A stretch of DNA of 64,000 nucleotides from Candidatus Calescibacterium sp. Its GTDB lineage: Bacteria; Calescibacteriota; Calescibacteriia; Calescibacteriales; Calescibacteriaceae. Positions 28,627 through 38,143 of the stretch are shown in pieces; the first letter of the stretch is position 1; each line of letters begins with the position of its first letter. Both the position numbers and the translations under genes were made by a program. The notes beneath the pieces were generated by a model. It was not told where the DNA came from, did not search any database, and saw nothing but the letters and a program-made list of their open reading frames with translations. The stretch covers positions 34,256-98,255 of the forward strand of contig JAVVGL010000001.1 of the NCBI GenBank assembly GCA_032249135.1. Direction: 5' to 3'.

Positions 28627-29004
28627 TCAGAATTCAAGCCCCCCTTCTCTTGCTGATTCTGCAAAGGCTTTTACTTTACCGTGATATTTATAAAACCTTC
28701 TATCTAATACAACTTTTTTTATACCTTTTTCTAATGCTCTTTGAGCTATAAGTTTTCCAACCTCACGAGCAGCATCTTGCGACCATGTTTTTTTTATCTT
28801 ATCTTTGAGTTCAAGGGTTGAAGCTGCACAAAGTGTATGACCTTTTGTATCATCTATTATTTGAGCGTAAAAGTGTTTTTTGGACCTAAAAACACAAAGG
28901 CGGGGTCTTTCGGGAGTGCCAAATATTTTTTTCCTTACCCTCTTTATTCTTCTTAATCTCCTTATATCCCTCTCTTTTTTTTCTGAAACCATACCTACCA
29001 TCAC
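28627..29004 (-). CDS. rplR: 50S ribosomal protein L18
   Basis: [38 protein letters not shown] and [19 protein letters not shown]. Confidence 0.93.
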   Translation of the reverse strand: MMVGMVSEKKERDIRRLRRIKRVRKKIFGTPERPRLCVFRSKKHFYAQIIDDTKGHTLCAASTLELKDKIKKTWSQDAAREVGKLIAQRALEKGIKKVVLDRRFYKYHGKVKAFAESAREGGLEF

Positions 29005-29082
29005 CTTATCTTACACTCCTAATTTATTTTTTTTATTAAATTAAAAAAATTTTTTTATATTATAATATCAAACCTATCTCCC

Positions 29083-29634
29083 TTATTTCTTTTTACCCTT
29101 TGCTTTTCCGGGTTTTAAGCGAAGAACTTCATCTTCATACTTTATCCCTGCACCTTTATATGGGTCGGGAGGTTTTATATCTCTTATTTGAGCTGCTACC
29201 TGACCTACTTTATATTTATCTATACCTTCAACAAAGATTCTTACTGGGCTTCTCAACCCAACTTTTACATCATCCCACGGAGAAGTATAATAAACCGGAT
29301 GAGAATATCCTACCCTCAAAACTAATGTATTTCCTTGCATTTCAGCTCTATAACCTATACCTACTATATCAAGCTCAATCTTGTATCCTTCTGTTACACC
29401 TTTTATCATATTTGCAATTAAAGCTCGGGTTGTACCGTGCATTGCCTTTGCTTTTCTATCATTTGGTCGTGGATTATTTACAAAAATTTTTCCATCCTCA
29501 ATCTTGACCTCTATTGGTGGAGTAATTTTCATTGAAAGCTCACCTTTTGGTCCCTTGACCGATATAACTCCATCTTCAACTTTCACATTAACACCAGAAG
29601 GGATAACAATAGGCATTCTTCCTATACGTGACAT
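29083..29634 (-). CDS. rplF: 50S ribosomal protein L6
   Basis: MSRIGRMPIVIPSGVNVKVEDGVISVKGPKGELS, GYRAEMQGNTLVLRVGYSHPV and PDPYKGAGIKY. Confidence 0.95.
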   Translation of the reverse strand: MSRIGRMPIVIPSGVNVKVEDGVISVKGPKGELSMKITPPIEVKIEDGKIFVNNPRPNDRKAKAMHGTTRALIANMIKGVTEGYKIELDIVGIGYRAEMQGNTLVLRVGYSHPVYYTSPWDDVKVGLRSPVRIFVEGIDKYKVGQVAAQIRDIKPPDPYKGAGIKYEDEVLRLKPGKAKGKKK

Positions 29635-29697
29635 AATAAACTTAAAATAATAAGCAAAAATGACAAATTGAATTTTTCCAGAAATTAAAGTTTTGTT

Positions 29698-30648
29698 ATG
29701 AAAGTTTCAGTTATAACTGCTGCGACTTCACATGAGAACCTTGAAGAAGTTATAAGAAGGCTCAAAAACCAAACAAAAAAACCTTATGAGATATTGGTTG
29801 TTGATAACTCACAAAACGAAAACGAATCAGAAAAAATAAAAAAAGTAGCAAAAAATTTAGGAGCAAAATATGTAAGAGAAGAAAGAGAAGGATTACATAA
29901 TGCAAGAAACAGAGGTGTAATTGAAGCAGAAGGCGAAATAGTTCAGTTTATAGATGATGATGCTCTTGCAGAAAGAAATTTAATTGAAGAAATTGCAAAG
30001 CAATACAAATCAGAAGACATAGCAGCAGTAGGAGGGAAAGTTGTTCCCATCTTCAAAGCAAAACTTCCAAAATTTTTCAAATACTTAAAATACCAATACC
30101 TCTCTGTTTTAGATTACGGGAACGAAATAAAAGAAGTTGATTATCTGATCGGAAACAATATGTCTTTCCGAAAAGATGTGTATATAAAAGCTGGAGGAGT
30201 AAATCCCGATGCTTATCAATCTTCAGATAAACTTTTTTTCAGAGGAGATGGGGAAAGTGGTTTATGTAGAAAAATAAAAGAGATGGGGAAGAAAATAATA
30301 TACACGCCTTATGCAGTAGTATATCATGTGATACCGGAGAGAAGACTTTCTATTGAATACCTGAGAAAAAAAGCTTTCAGACATGGAGTTCAGATGTCGT
30401 ATTCAAAGTTTTTCGGAGGAAAATTTCCACCAAATCATATTTTATTTTTGAGGTCAAATGCTTTTTTTCTTCTTTTTATCCTGAACAAAATCTTAGGTAA
30501 AATTATCCCACATGACATGAAAGTAAGATATGATGTCTGGGGAGAAACTATGAAAGCAAGATGGCTTTATGAACTCAAACTTATCTTTGACAAAAATTTA
30601 AGAGAACACGTCTCAAAAACAAACTGGATAGATGAAATAAGAAAATAA
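29698..30648 (+). CDS. Glycosyltransferase family 2
   Basis: VSVITAATSHENLEEVIRRLKNQTKKPYEILVVDNS, NARNRGVIEAEGEIVQFIDDDA (DxD). Confidence 0.85.
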   Translation: MKVSVITAATSHENLEEVIRRLKNQTKKPYEILVVDNSQNENESEKIKKVAKNLGAKYVREEREGLHNARNRGVIEAEGEIVQFIDDDALAERNLIEEIAKQYKSEDIAAVGGKVVPIFKAKLPKFFKYLKYQYLSVLDYGNEIKEVDYLIGNNMSFRKDVYIKAGGVNPDAYQSSDKLFFRGDGESGLCRKIKEMGKKIIYTPYAVVYHVIPERRLSIEYLRKKAFRHGVQMSYSKFFGGKFPPNHILFLRSNAFFLLFILNKILGKIIPHDMKVRYDVWGETMKARWLYELKLIFDKNLREHVSKTNWIDEIRK

Positions 30649-30716
30649 AAAAGAGCTTGCCTTATATCTACTTGAATCGGCATGGGCTTTACCTTTATTT
30701 CTACTTCAAATAAGCT
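30645..30716 (-). pseudogene. 72-bp remnant of a third Rpn-family gene (internal segment only)
   Basis: The minus strand encodes SLFEVEIKVKPMPIQVDIRQALFY. It is collinear with GLFDVKIKVKPMPIQIDIRKTLFY of the 50660 copy (18/24 identical by hand count) and GLFDVKIEIKSMPIEVDIRKTFLY of the adjacent copy (13/24). It is wedged between the GT2 stop and the Rpn copy-1 stop. Confidence 0.55.
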
Positions 30717-30718
30717 TG

Positions 30719-31591
30719 CTAAACTTTGTTTTTTGATTTTGAGTTCTTGATAGATTTGACAAAATTTTCCCAACTTTCTGTTCTTATTACTTCTCTCTTT
30801 ATCTTTTCCAATTTATTTATTTCATTTATCTTATCTAAAAGTTTTTTGACTTGCCTTGCCTTTGAAATACCAAACTTTGCCTCAATGTCTAACAAAATCG
30901 CTTTTTTTAATCCCTCCCTCAATCCTTCTTGCTTTCCTTCCCTTAATCCTTCTTCCTTTCCCCACTTATAAAGGAAAGTTTTTCTTATGTCTACCTCAAT
31001 CGGCATAGATTTTATCTCTATTTTAACATCAAATAAACCTGCTAAAAAACTTATGCTATCTATATATTTTATGATTTCTTTTTCATTTTTCACAATTTCT
31101 ACAATTCTTTCTTTGACCTTTCCTATTATTTGAGGTTTATCTTTGAACTTTCCAGCTAAAATTCCTACAATAACCTCCTCAGGTTTATTACTCTTTATAA
31201 ACTCATCTGGATCTATTTTCTTCATATCAACAACTTTGAACTTGTGAATTGTAAATTCTGTCCTAAACACAGAAGGCGGAGGATTACCTTTTCCCACAAA
31301 TAAAACAATTTGCGTGGGAAATTTCTCAAACTTCTGTCTAATCGCAACGGAATATATCAGCATCCTTTCAGGCAAAGTTTTATCATGCTGAACCTGAATT
31401 TCAATATGGAAAATTTTTTCTTTTGATCTGAGCAGCAAATCTGGGCGAAGGGATTTGATAAGTTTTATTTCACCTGTAATATCTTCAAGTTCCTCTTGTA
31501 TTTGCTCATCAGTGGCTATTGATATAATCTTTCCCGCAGCTTTTGAGAAAATCTCTTTCAAAATTGGGTCAAATCTTTTCAGCTCCTTCAT
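30719..31591 (-). CDS. Rpn family recombination-promoting nuclease / PD-(D/E)XK putative transposase with DUF4351-like C-terminus (copy 1)
   Basis: DLLLRSKEKIFHIEIQVQHDKTLPERMLIY (D...E-x-Q nuclease core), PTQIVLFVGKG, and C-terminal WGKEEGLREGKQEGLREG...KFG. Confidence 0.75.
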   Translation of the reverse strand: MKELKRFDPILKEIFSKAAGKIISIATDEQIQEELEDITGEIKLIKSLRPDLLLRSKEKIFHIEIQVQHDKTLPERMLIYSVAIRQKFEKFPTQIVLFVGKGNPPPSVFRTEFTIHKFKVVDMKKIDPDEFIKSNKPEEVIVGILAGKFKDKPQIIGKVKERIVEIVKNEKEIIKYIDSISFLAGLFDVKIEIKSMPIEVDIRKTFLYKWGKEEGLREGKQEGLREGLKKAILLDIEAKFGISKARQVKKLLDKINEINKLEKIKREVIRTESWENFVKSIKNSKSKNKV

Positions 31592-31740
31592 GAAATAAAC
31601 TCTCCGCTCTTATACTTGATTTTAAAAAACAAGTCTCATTTTAAATTAAAAACTCTCACTTATAGTGTGGACTTAAAATCAAATCTTGAACTTTTCAAGC
31701 TTTCCTAAAATCTAAAATAGAAAGCAAACTTATTTAAGTA

Positions 31741-32862
31741 ATGAAAAACTTTATTCCTGTAAGCGAGCCTTGGCTCACCGGTAAAGAGTTAGAATATGTT
31801 CAAGATGCGATAAAAAGTACATTTATATCATCTGAGGGAAAGTATATAGAAGAGTTTGAGAGAAAATTTGCAAATTATGTAGGTAGAAAGTTTGGAGTCG
31901 CATGCACAAGTGGGACATCAGCTCTGATACTGGCTTTCCGAGCTCTTGAACTTGAAAAAGGTTCAGAAGTTATTTTACCCTCATTCACAATAATCTCCTG
32001 CGCTCTCGCAGTAATATATAATGAACTTATTCCTGTTTTCGTTGATTCAGATATGAAGACATGGAACATGAATCCAGATGAGATAGAAAGAAAAATAACT
32101 TCAAAGACCAAAGTTATATTGATGGTCCATACATACGGGTTTCCTTGCGATGTAGATAGAATAGTAAAAATTGCTCAAAAATACAATCTTTATGTCATAG
32201 AAGATTTTGCAGAAGCAATAGGTTCAGAATACAAAGGAGTAAAATGTGGGAATTTTGGAATTATAAGTTGCACAAGCTTTTATGCTAACAAATTAATAAC
32301 GACCGGAGAAGGTGGAATGTGTTTGACCGATGATGAAAGACTTGCTGAAAAGATGAAAAGGTTAAGGAATCTTGCCTTTATTCCAGAAAAAAGATTTCTC
32401 CACTATGAACTTGGTTTTAATTTCAGAATGACAAATATCCAAGCAGCTATCGGACTTGCACAACTTGAAAACATTGAGGAAAGAATAAAGAAGAAAATTT
32501 TTATGGGGGAATTATATTCTCAATTGCTAAAACCTCTTGAAGATGAAGGTGTAATTTCTCTACCACCACAAGATCCACAACACAAAAACACATTTTGGAT
32601 GTACGGCGTTCTACTGAAAAATGGGACTACTGCGGACGAAATTATGAAGAAGCTTTATGAGAAAGGGATTCAGACAAGACCTTTTTTCTATCCACTTCAC
32701 CTCCAACCTGCATTTGAAAAATTTCCCTGGTTCAAAAAAGATAACTTACCCGTATCAGAGTATCTTGGAAAGTATGGTTTTTACCTTCCATCAGGGCTTA
32801 CCTTGGACGAAGAAAAAATAAGGTTTGTTGCCCAATCATTAATTGATATTCTCAAAAAATAA
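31741..32862 (+). CDS. DegT/DnrJ/EryC1/StrS family PLP-dependent sugar aminotransferase
   Basis: IPVSEPWLTGKELEYVQDAI, GVACTSGTSALILAFRAL, SFYANKLITTGEGGM (PLP Lys region) and FNFRMTNIQAAIG. Confidence 0.9.
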   Translation: MKNFIPVSEPWLTGKELEYVQDAIKSTFISSEGKYIEEFERKFANYVGRKFGVACTSGTSALILAFRALELEKGSEVILPSFTIISCALAVIYNELIPVFVDSDMKTWNMNPDEIERKITSKTKVILMVHTYGFPCDVDRIVKIAQKYNLYVIEDFAEAIGSEYKGVKCGNFGIISCTSFYANKLITTGEGGMCLTDDERLAEKMKRLRNLAFIPEKRFLHYELGFNFRMTNIQAAIGLAQLENIEERIKKKIFMGELYSQLLKPLEDEGVISLPPQDPQHKNTFWMYGVLLKNGTTADEIMKKLYEKGIQTRPFFYPLHLQPAFEKFPWFKKDNLPVSEYLGKYGFYLPSGLTLDEEKIRFVAQSLIDILKK

Positions 32863-32872
32863 AAATTTAGCT

Positions 32873-33634
32873 ATGCAAGAGAAGACATTTGGAAAGCTCT
32901 ATTCAAAGTTTTATGACATAATTTACTACGACAAAGACTACAAAAAAGAATGCGACTGGATTGAAAATGTTTTGGAAAAGTTCGGAGTAAAAGGAAGGAA
33001 AATTTTAGATCTTGGATGTGGATCTGGTAACCATTCAATAGAACTTGCAAAAAGAGGATATGAAGTTGTAGGAGTTGATAAATCTCAGTATATGATAGAA
33101 AGAGCGGTTGAAAAAGTAAGAAATCAAAACTTAAAAATTGATTTCATAGAAAAAGATATAAGGAATTTTGATCTCGGAGTAAAGTTTGATGTGGTAATCT
33201 CTATGTTTTCTGTCATAAGTTATATAACTGAAAATCATGATTTGCTCTCCACATTTTCAAATGTGAAAAAACATCTCAGAGACGGAGGTATTTTCATTTT
33301 TGATGCATGGTTCGGACCTGCGATTTTACATCAAAAACCTGAACCAAAAATAAAAGAAATAAAAATTTCAAATTCAGAAAAAATAATAAGAATAACCTTC
33401 CCTGAACTCAACATAATGGATCACACAGTGGACATAACCTATAAATTATTTTATGTTTCAGAAAGTAGCTTTGAAGAATTTGAAGAAGTACATAAAGTAA
33501 GATATTTTTTCCCAAAAGAGATAGAGTTTTTTCTTACCACCGCCGGATTTGAAAAAGTTCATTTATTTCCATTTCTCAAATTAGAAGGAAAACCTTCAAT
33601 AGATGATAGAGATTTTTCTTGCGTTGCACTGTAA
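32873..33634 (+). CDS. Class I SAM-dependent methyltransferase, TylM1/DesVI-like (candidate aminosugar N-methyltransferase)
   Basis: YSKFYDIIYYDKDYKKECDWIENVL...ILDLGCGSGNHSIELAKRGYEVVGVDKSQYMIERA...FDVVISMFSVISYI...GGIFIFDAW is collinear, from memory, with TylM1-type dTDP-aminosugar N,N-dimethyltransferases. Start moved to ATG 32873. Confidence 0.7.
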   Translation: MQEKTFGKLYSKFYDIIYYDKDYKKECDWIENVLEKFGVKGRKILDLGCGSGNHSIELAKRGYEVVGVDKSQYMIERAVEKVRNQNLKIDFIEKDIRNFDLGVKFDVVISMFSVISYITENHDLLSTFSNVKKHLRDGGIFIFDAWFGPAILHQKPEPKIKEIKISNSEKIIRITFPELNIMDHTVDITYKLFYVSESSFEEFEEVHKVRYFFPKEIEFFLTTAGFEKVHLFPFLKLEGKPSIDDRDFSCVAL

Positions 33635-33639
33635 AAAAT

Positions 33640-33677
33640 AGCATTTTCTTTGAAATTTAGCATTCTCTTTGAAATTT
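33640..33677. repeat. 19-bp x2 tandem repeat in an intergenic region
   Basis: agcattttctttgaaattt / agcattctctttgaaattt (1 mismatch), read directly. Confidence 0.85.
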
Positions 33678-33797
33678 CTCCTAAACTACTCTTCATCAAG
33701 TCTAAAACCACTCTTCTCCAAGAATTTTCTTTTCTAACAAGAATTCTTTTTTTAAGATTTTCTTTTTTTTATTTTTTATTATGCATATTTTTCAATA

Positions 33798-34466
33798 ATG
33801 GCAAAAAGAGGATGGATCTATACGGAAAAAGATGTACATAGAGAGTGGCTCAAAAAAATAGAGCAAGGAGAAATAGGAAGAGAATGGTATCTTCTTATTT
33901 TCAGGAAAAAGCTAAAAATCGTAAGGGAGTTTCTTGACAAAGAATGCAAAGGAAAGAGAATATTAGATGTGGGTTGCGGAGAAGGAATTTTAGTAGAAGA
34001 ATACAGAAAAAAAGGATACGACATAGAAGGGGTTGATCCAAATTATGAAAGCGATTTCGTAAAAAACGGGGATGTAACAAACCTTGAATACGAAGATAAT
34101 TCGTTTGATGTTATACTGCTTTTAGATGTACTTGAACATATTCCTTATGACAAGCAATATATTGCCCTAAAGGAGATAAAAAGAGTATTGAAAAAAGGTG
34201 GTTTGCTTTTGATGAGTGTTCCTAATCTTGCAGCTTTTTCTTCAAGAATAAAGTTTTTAATTTTCGGCAAACTATCAAGAGCAGACAAAGACTTTAACCA
34301 TGTCGGAGAAAGACCGTTTGAAGAATACAAAGAGCTTCTTATGAAACACGGATTCAAAATAAATAAAGTTTGGGGTATAACAATAACACTACCTTTGATA
34401 TGGCAACTTGAACTTATTTTCCACAAAAAATGGCTCCGATTCATGATTACCTTCTCAACTGCCTAA
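33798..34466 (+). CDS. Class I SAM-dependent methyltransferase (Methyltransf_11/23-like); 3' end possibly frameshifted
   Basis: ILDVGCGEGILVEEYRKKGYDIEGVDPN, FDVILLLDVLEHIP and GGLLLMSVPN. See the finding on the A-run at 34425..34430. Confidence 0.8.
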   Translation: MAKRGWIYTEKDVHREWLKKIEQGEIGREWYLLIFRKKLKIVREFLDKECKGKRILDVGCGEGILVEEYRKKGYDIEGVDPNYESDFVKNGDVTNLEYEDNSFDVILLLDVLEHIPYDKQYIALKEIKRVLKKGGLLLMSVPNLAAFSSRIKFLIFGKLSRADKDFNHVGERPFEEYKELLMKHGFKINKVWGITITLPLIWQLELIFHKKWLRFMITFSTA

Positions 34467-34560
34467 ATATACCGTCCTTATCTTTGCTCAACATATTTCT
34501 TGCTGAAAATTTGAAGTAAATAAAGGAAATAATAAAAATACAAAATATTTTTTACTATAT

Positions 34561-35364
34561 ATGAAAAATATGAGGTTTGAAAATATGAACTATCTTATCA
34601 AAAAATCAATTTTTCTATTAAAGAATTACGGCGTAAGAGAATTAGCTTATAGAATTATTCATTACTTACCCAACAGATTTTCTCAAAATTTGAAATCATT
34701 ATCTTTAAATATAAAAGCAAAGAAAAATCTGGAGCAGATTATTTACTCTATTAGACAATTCAATTCAGATGACCCAGATAATATTTTTGATTTTTCTCGT
34801 AATTTTTATGAAGGAATAATAAGACCTATACAATTTAAAAGTGAATTTGTAGAACTGCTCAAAATTTTCAAAATGTTAAATCCAAAATATATTTTGGAAA
34901 TTGGAATAGCCAAAGGAGGTACATTGTTCTGCTTCTGCAAATTAGCCAAAGAAGATGCAACTATTATAGGAGTTGATTTGGAAAATTATCCTGATTGGAG
35001 ACTTCGGATTTTTGAAGCATTTAAAAAAGGAAATCAAAACTTATTTATTCTCTCAGGAAAAGACTCTCATAAAATAGATACTTTGAACGAAATTAGAAGT
35101 ATCTTAAAGGGGCAAAAATTGGATTTCCTATTTATTGACGGCGATCATACATATACTGGTGTAAAAAAAGACTTTGAAATGTATAGCCCACTAATTAGAG
35201 AAGGCGGTATTATTGCTTTTCATGACATAGTTGAAAGTAAGTTTGATAAGAAGATAGAAGTTTCAAAATTCTGGAACGAAATAAAATCTAATTACGAGTA
35301 TAGAGAAATAATTGCTGACCCTAATCAAGATGGAGCAGGTATAGGCGTAATTATCAAAAAGTAA
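34561..35364 (+). CDS. CmcI/cephalosporin-hydroxylase-like (Methyltransf_24) SAM-dependent methyltransferase
   Basis: ILEIGIAKGGTLFCF, IIGVDLE, LDFLFIDGDHTYTGVKKDFEMYSPLIREGGIIAFHDI. This family is often O-methyltransferases in glycan clusters. Confidence 0.72.
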   Translation: MKNMRFENMNYLIKKSIFLLKNYGVRELAYRIIHYLPNRFSQNLKSLSLNIKAKKNLEQIIYSIRQFNSDDPDNIFDFSRNFYEGIIRPIQFKSEFVELLKIFKMLNPKYILEIGIAKGGTLFCFCKLAKEDATIIGVDLENYPDWRLRIFEAFKKGNQNLFILSGKDSHKIDTLNEIRSILKGQKLDFLFIDGDHTYTGVKKDFEMYSPLIREGGIIAFHDIVESKFDKKIEVSKFWNEIKSNYEYREIIADPNQDGAGIGVIIKK

Positions 35365-35417
35365 AAAATTCATTTTCAATCTATCTTTTATTTTTCTCCT
35401 TGATTTTCAACGAATAT

Positions 35418-36494
35418 TTACGAATTTACAAGGTTCTCATAGAAAACTTTGAAGTTTGGAGAAAACTCAAACTTTGGATAATTTTCTTTTATTGAATTTA
35501 CAAATTCTGCGTAATTTTCACGAATTTCACTTACAGCTCGTGGGATTTGTGCAAATGAATCAATTACAACTCCAAATTTGTTTTCTTCTGTTGTTTCTTT
35601 GAGCTCTGGCATATTTTTTACAATAACTGGTTTTCCGCAAGATAAATATCTGAAATATTTTGAAGCTGACCATCCAGCGAATTTATCATTCAATCTTTCT
35701 GTGTTATACCACACAAATCCTATATCATGGTTCAAAACAAAATTTTTGAAATCTTCATACCCTAAAACTCTCTCATATATTTTGACATTTTTCAATTTTG
35801 AAATTTTTTCTTTTATTTCTGAGATTCCATATTTTGATATCCCATGAAAGACAAAAATAAAATCGCCATTTTTTATGTAATTTTCTATTCCTTCGAGTAT
35901 ATCTTTTTCAAGTCCACCGGCAAACAAGACTTTTACTTTTTTATGAGGTTTTTGACGCAAATCCTGAGTTGCAAAATCGTAGCTATTTGGTATCACAAAT
36001 TTTGGACAACTTATTCTGAAAATCTCCTCTGATATTTTCATTCTTGTTGGACTCAAAGAGACAAAAAAATCAGAGTTTGATATAAAAATCTGCTCCAAAA
36101 GTTTTCCTATTCGTTTTTTTAGTGGATTTTGGTAATCAAGAACAAAAAGTTCAAGATGATAGCACACAACCTTTATTTTTTTTATCTTTTTTATTATCGG
36201 TAAAGAGAATGTGCAAGCCATAATATCTGCTGGGTCATATACAAAAAGAAAATCGTATTTTATGTTTTTCAAAGCGGAAAAACACAATTTTATCCTTCTG
36301 AAAAAATTCTTTTCTCCTTTTTTTATCTGATTCACATAAATCTTGTCATCTTTATCTACATCTAAACCAGACACAAGAATATTTTCGTGCCCGTGCAATT
36401 TCAAAAATTTCACAATATGATATAAAGGTATGCAGGTTGAAAAATATCCAAATGGCTTTGTAAGTATATGAAGAAATCGCATAAAAGTTCTCAC
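35418..36494 (-). CDS. Probable GT-B fold glycosyltransferase (weak)
   Basis: Two-lobe layout with VKVLFAGGLEKDI...FVFHG...GFVWYN...GKPVIVKNMPELKETTEENKFGVVI resembling GT4-like C-terminal lobes. No strong motif. Confidence 0.45.
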   Translation of the reverse strand: MRTFMRFLHILTKPFGYFSTCIPLYHIVKFLKLHGHENILVSGLDVDKDDKIYVNQIKKGEKNFFRRIKLCFSALKNIKYDFLFVYDPADIMACTFSLPIIKKIKKIKVVCYHLELFVLDYQNPLKKRIGKLLEQIFISNSDFFVSLSPTRMKISEEIFRISCPKFVIPNSYDFATQDLRQKPHKKVKVLFAGGLEKDILEGIENYIKNGDFIFVFHGISKYGISEIKEKISKLKNVKIYERVLGYEDFKNFVLNHDIGFVWYNTERLNDKFAGWSASKYFRYLSCGKPVIVKNMPELKETTEENKFGVVIDSFAQIPRAVSEIRENYAEFVNSIKENYPKFEFSPNFKVFYENLVNS

Positions 36495-36931
36495 TCTTTT
36501 CCTTCTATTCCGTCAAATCTTTCTTTATCTTCTTCACCTGTGTATGGACCTTGCTTTACTTCTATCAAAATAGAATCCTCTAAAAACTCAAATCCATGTG
36601 CTCCCCCGCAAAGCAATATTATGTCTCCCTTCTCTAAAATCTCCGATGTAATATATTGCTTTCTGCTATTGTATAAATTTACTTTGACTTTTCCTTTTTT
36701 TACAAAAAGAACCTCTTGGGTAAAATGAACTTCTCTTTTGTTATATATGTGTCTGTGAGCCTGAATTATGTCACCTTTTTTATGCGGCAAAAAGCCAAGC
36801 TGCTGAGAAAGATTATCTGGTGTGAAAAATTCTATTTTATTTGACGAGAATCTATCTCTCAAAATCACCGCTATAAGCTCCCCCTCTGAGTATATATATT
36901 CTAATCCGTCTTTTGGTGTTTCTTTAACCAT
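36491..36931 (-). CDS. Cupin-fold protein in the sugar cluster (possible sugar ketoisomerase/epimerase-type)
   Basis: GDIIQAHRHIYNKREVHFTQEVLFVKKGKVKVNLY...GDIILLCGGAHGFEFL shows a cupin HxH...H pattern. 4-bp overlap with the downstream GT gene. Confidence 0.6.
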   Translation of the reverse strand: MVKETPKDGLEYIYSEGELIAVILRDRFSSNKIEFFTPDNLSQQLGFLPHKKGDIIQAHRHIYNKREVHFTQEVLFVKKGKVKVNLYNSRKQYITSEILEKGDIILLCGGAHGFEFLEDSILIEVKQGPYTGEEDKERFDGIEGKE

Positions 36932-37125
36932 TTTTCTTTATCTTAATTTACACCAGAAAACACATCAAAAATACCATAAAGTTAGAATCATCAATTTGAA
37001 CAATTATTCAAAAAGTTGAAAGTTTAGCAAAATTTTGAACCTGGAAATTAAATTATTTCTCAGTATAGCAACAGGTTCAGCAGGAAGATCGTTTTTGAAA
37101 TGATGAAAGGAGTTAAGAATAAAAT

Positions 37126-38019
37126 ATGATTTATCAGAGCTCAATAGAAGAATTAGCTGAAAAAATCGGAAGATCAATTTATGAAAAGGAACCACATGAT
37201 TTTTCAGAACAGCTGAAAAAATACGGATTTTTAGATGTCCAAGAAGAATTTGAGATAAAAGATTTATCAGCCATCATAAAAGCAATATCAAGGTATAATT
37301 TTCCTGCCGGGATATTTATTGCTATGAACTACGCTACAAAAATTCTTTTGAAATCAAATAAAATTTCTTCTGTTCCCACAGAAAACATAACTTTCTCAAC
37401 ATGTCTCAAACCTGATGGAAAGTTCTTTATCTTTGCTGATATTGCGGACTTCATAATTGAAGTAGAAAAAGAAAAAATAAAAATGTTTTCCAGAGAAAAT
37501 ATTAACTTACATAAAATTCCTTCACTTTCTTTTGAGTTATTTACGATTTCAAAAAAAGAAGATAGAGCCGGGCAAAATCTCCATCTTAGCAATTTAAATC
37601 AATCACCTTATGAGTTTTTCTCAAAGCTATATTTCTTTATAGATTGTGCAATATGTGGAATGATGGAATATGCATTGAGTTTAGCTCAAAAGTATGCATC
37701 AGAAAGAATTCAGGGAGGAAAACCAATAAAAGATTACTTTGCTATAAAAGAAAAAATATATAAGATCTCAGAATTTGTAAATATCGTTTCAGAAATCATA
37801 GATAATCTTTCGGAAAATCCGGAAAAAATTCATAGGAAATCGTTTTTCATCACAGGATTTGTACTAAGGGAAAGCCCAATTTTACTTTCAGAAGCAATCC
37901 AAATATTCGGCGGATACGGATATATGAAAGATTTCAAAGTAGAAAAATTATACAGAGAAGCCGAAACCCTCAGAAACCTTACAGAAATATACAAATTAGA
38001 ATTCTTCAAACCGGAATAA
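37126..38019 (+). CDS. Short acyl-CoA dehydrogenase-like protein (C-terminal helical domain recognisable only)
   Basis: LAQKYASERIQGGKPIKDYFAIKEKI and AIQIFGGYGYMKDFKVEKLYREAETL match ACAD C-terminal motifs. At 297 aa it has no recognisable N-terminal/middle ACAD motifs. Confidence 0.6.
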   Translation: MIYQSSIEELAEKIGRSIYEKEPHDFSEQLKKYGFLDVQEEFEIKDLSAIIKAISRYNFPAGIFIAMNYATKILLKSNKISSVPTENITFSTCLKPDGKFFIFADIADFIIEVEKEKIKMFSRENINLHKIPSLSFELFTISKKEDRAGQNLHLSNLNQSPYEFFSKLYFFIDCAICGMMEYALSLAQKYASERIQGGKPIKDYFAIKEKIYKISEFVNIVSEIIDNLSENPEKIHRKSFFITGFVLRESPILLSEAIQIFGGYGYMKDFKVEKLYREAETLRNLTEIYKLEFFKPE

Positions 38020-38143
38020 AAAAAAGAAAAAAGGATAAGAGAAAAAAACAACAAAAGCAAAAAATAGTCAGGCAAAAAGATAATTAGGTAGGTAAAATAA
38101 CCTAAATTTCCAAAAGAAAAAAAATTGGGATTAAAATTTCTGT

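Noticed and set aside
33650-33841. 63-aa ORF in the gap before the 33798 methyltransferase
   Set aside because: Phe/Leu-rich translation of T-rich intergenic DNA that overlaps the next gene's start. No motifs.
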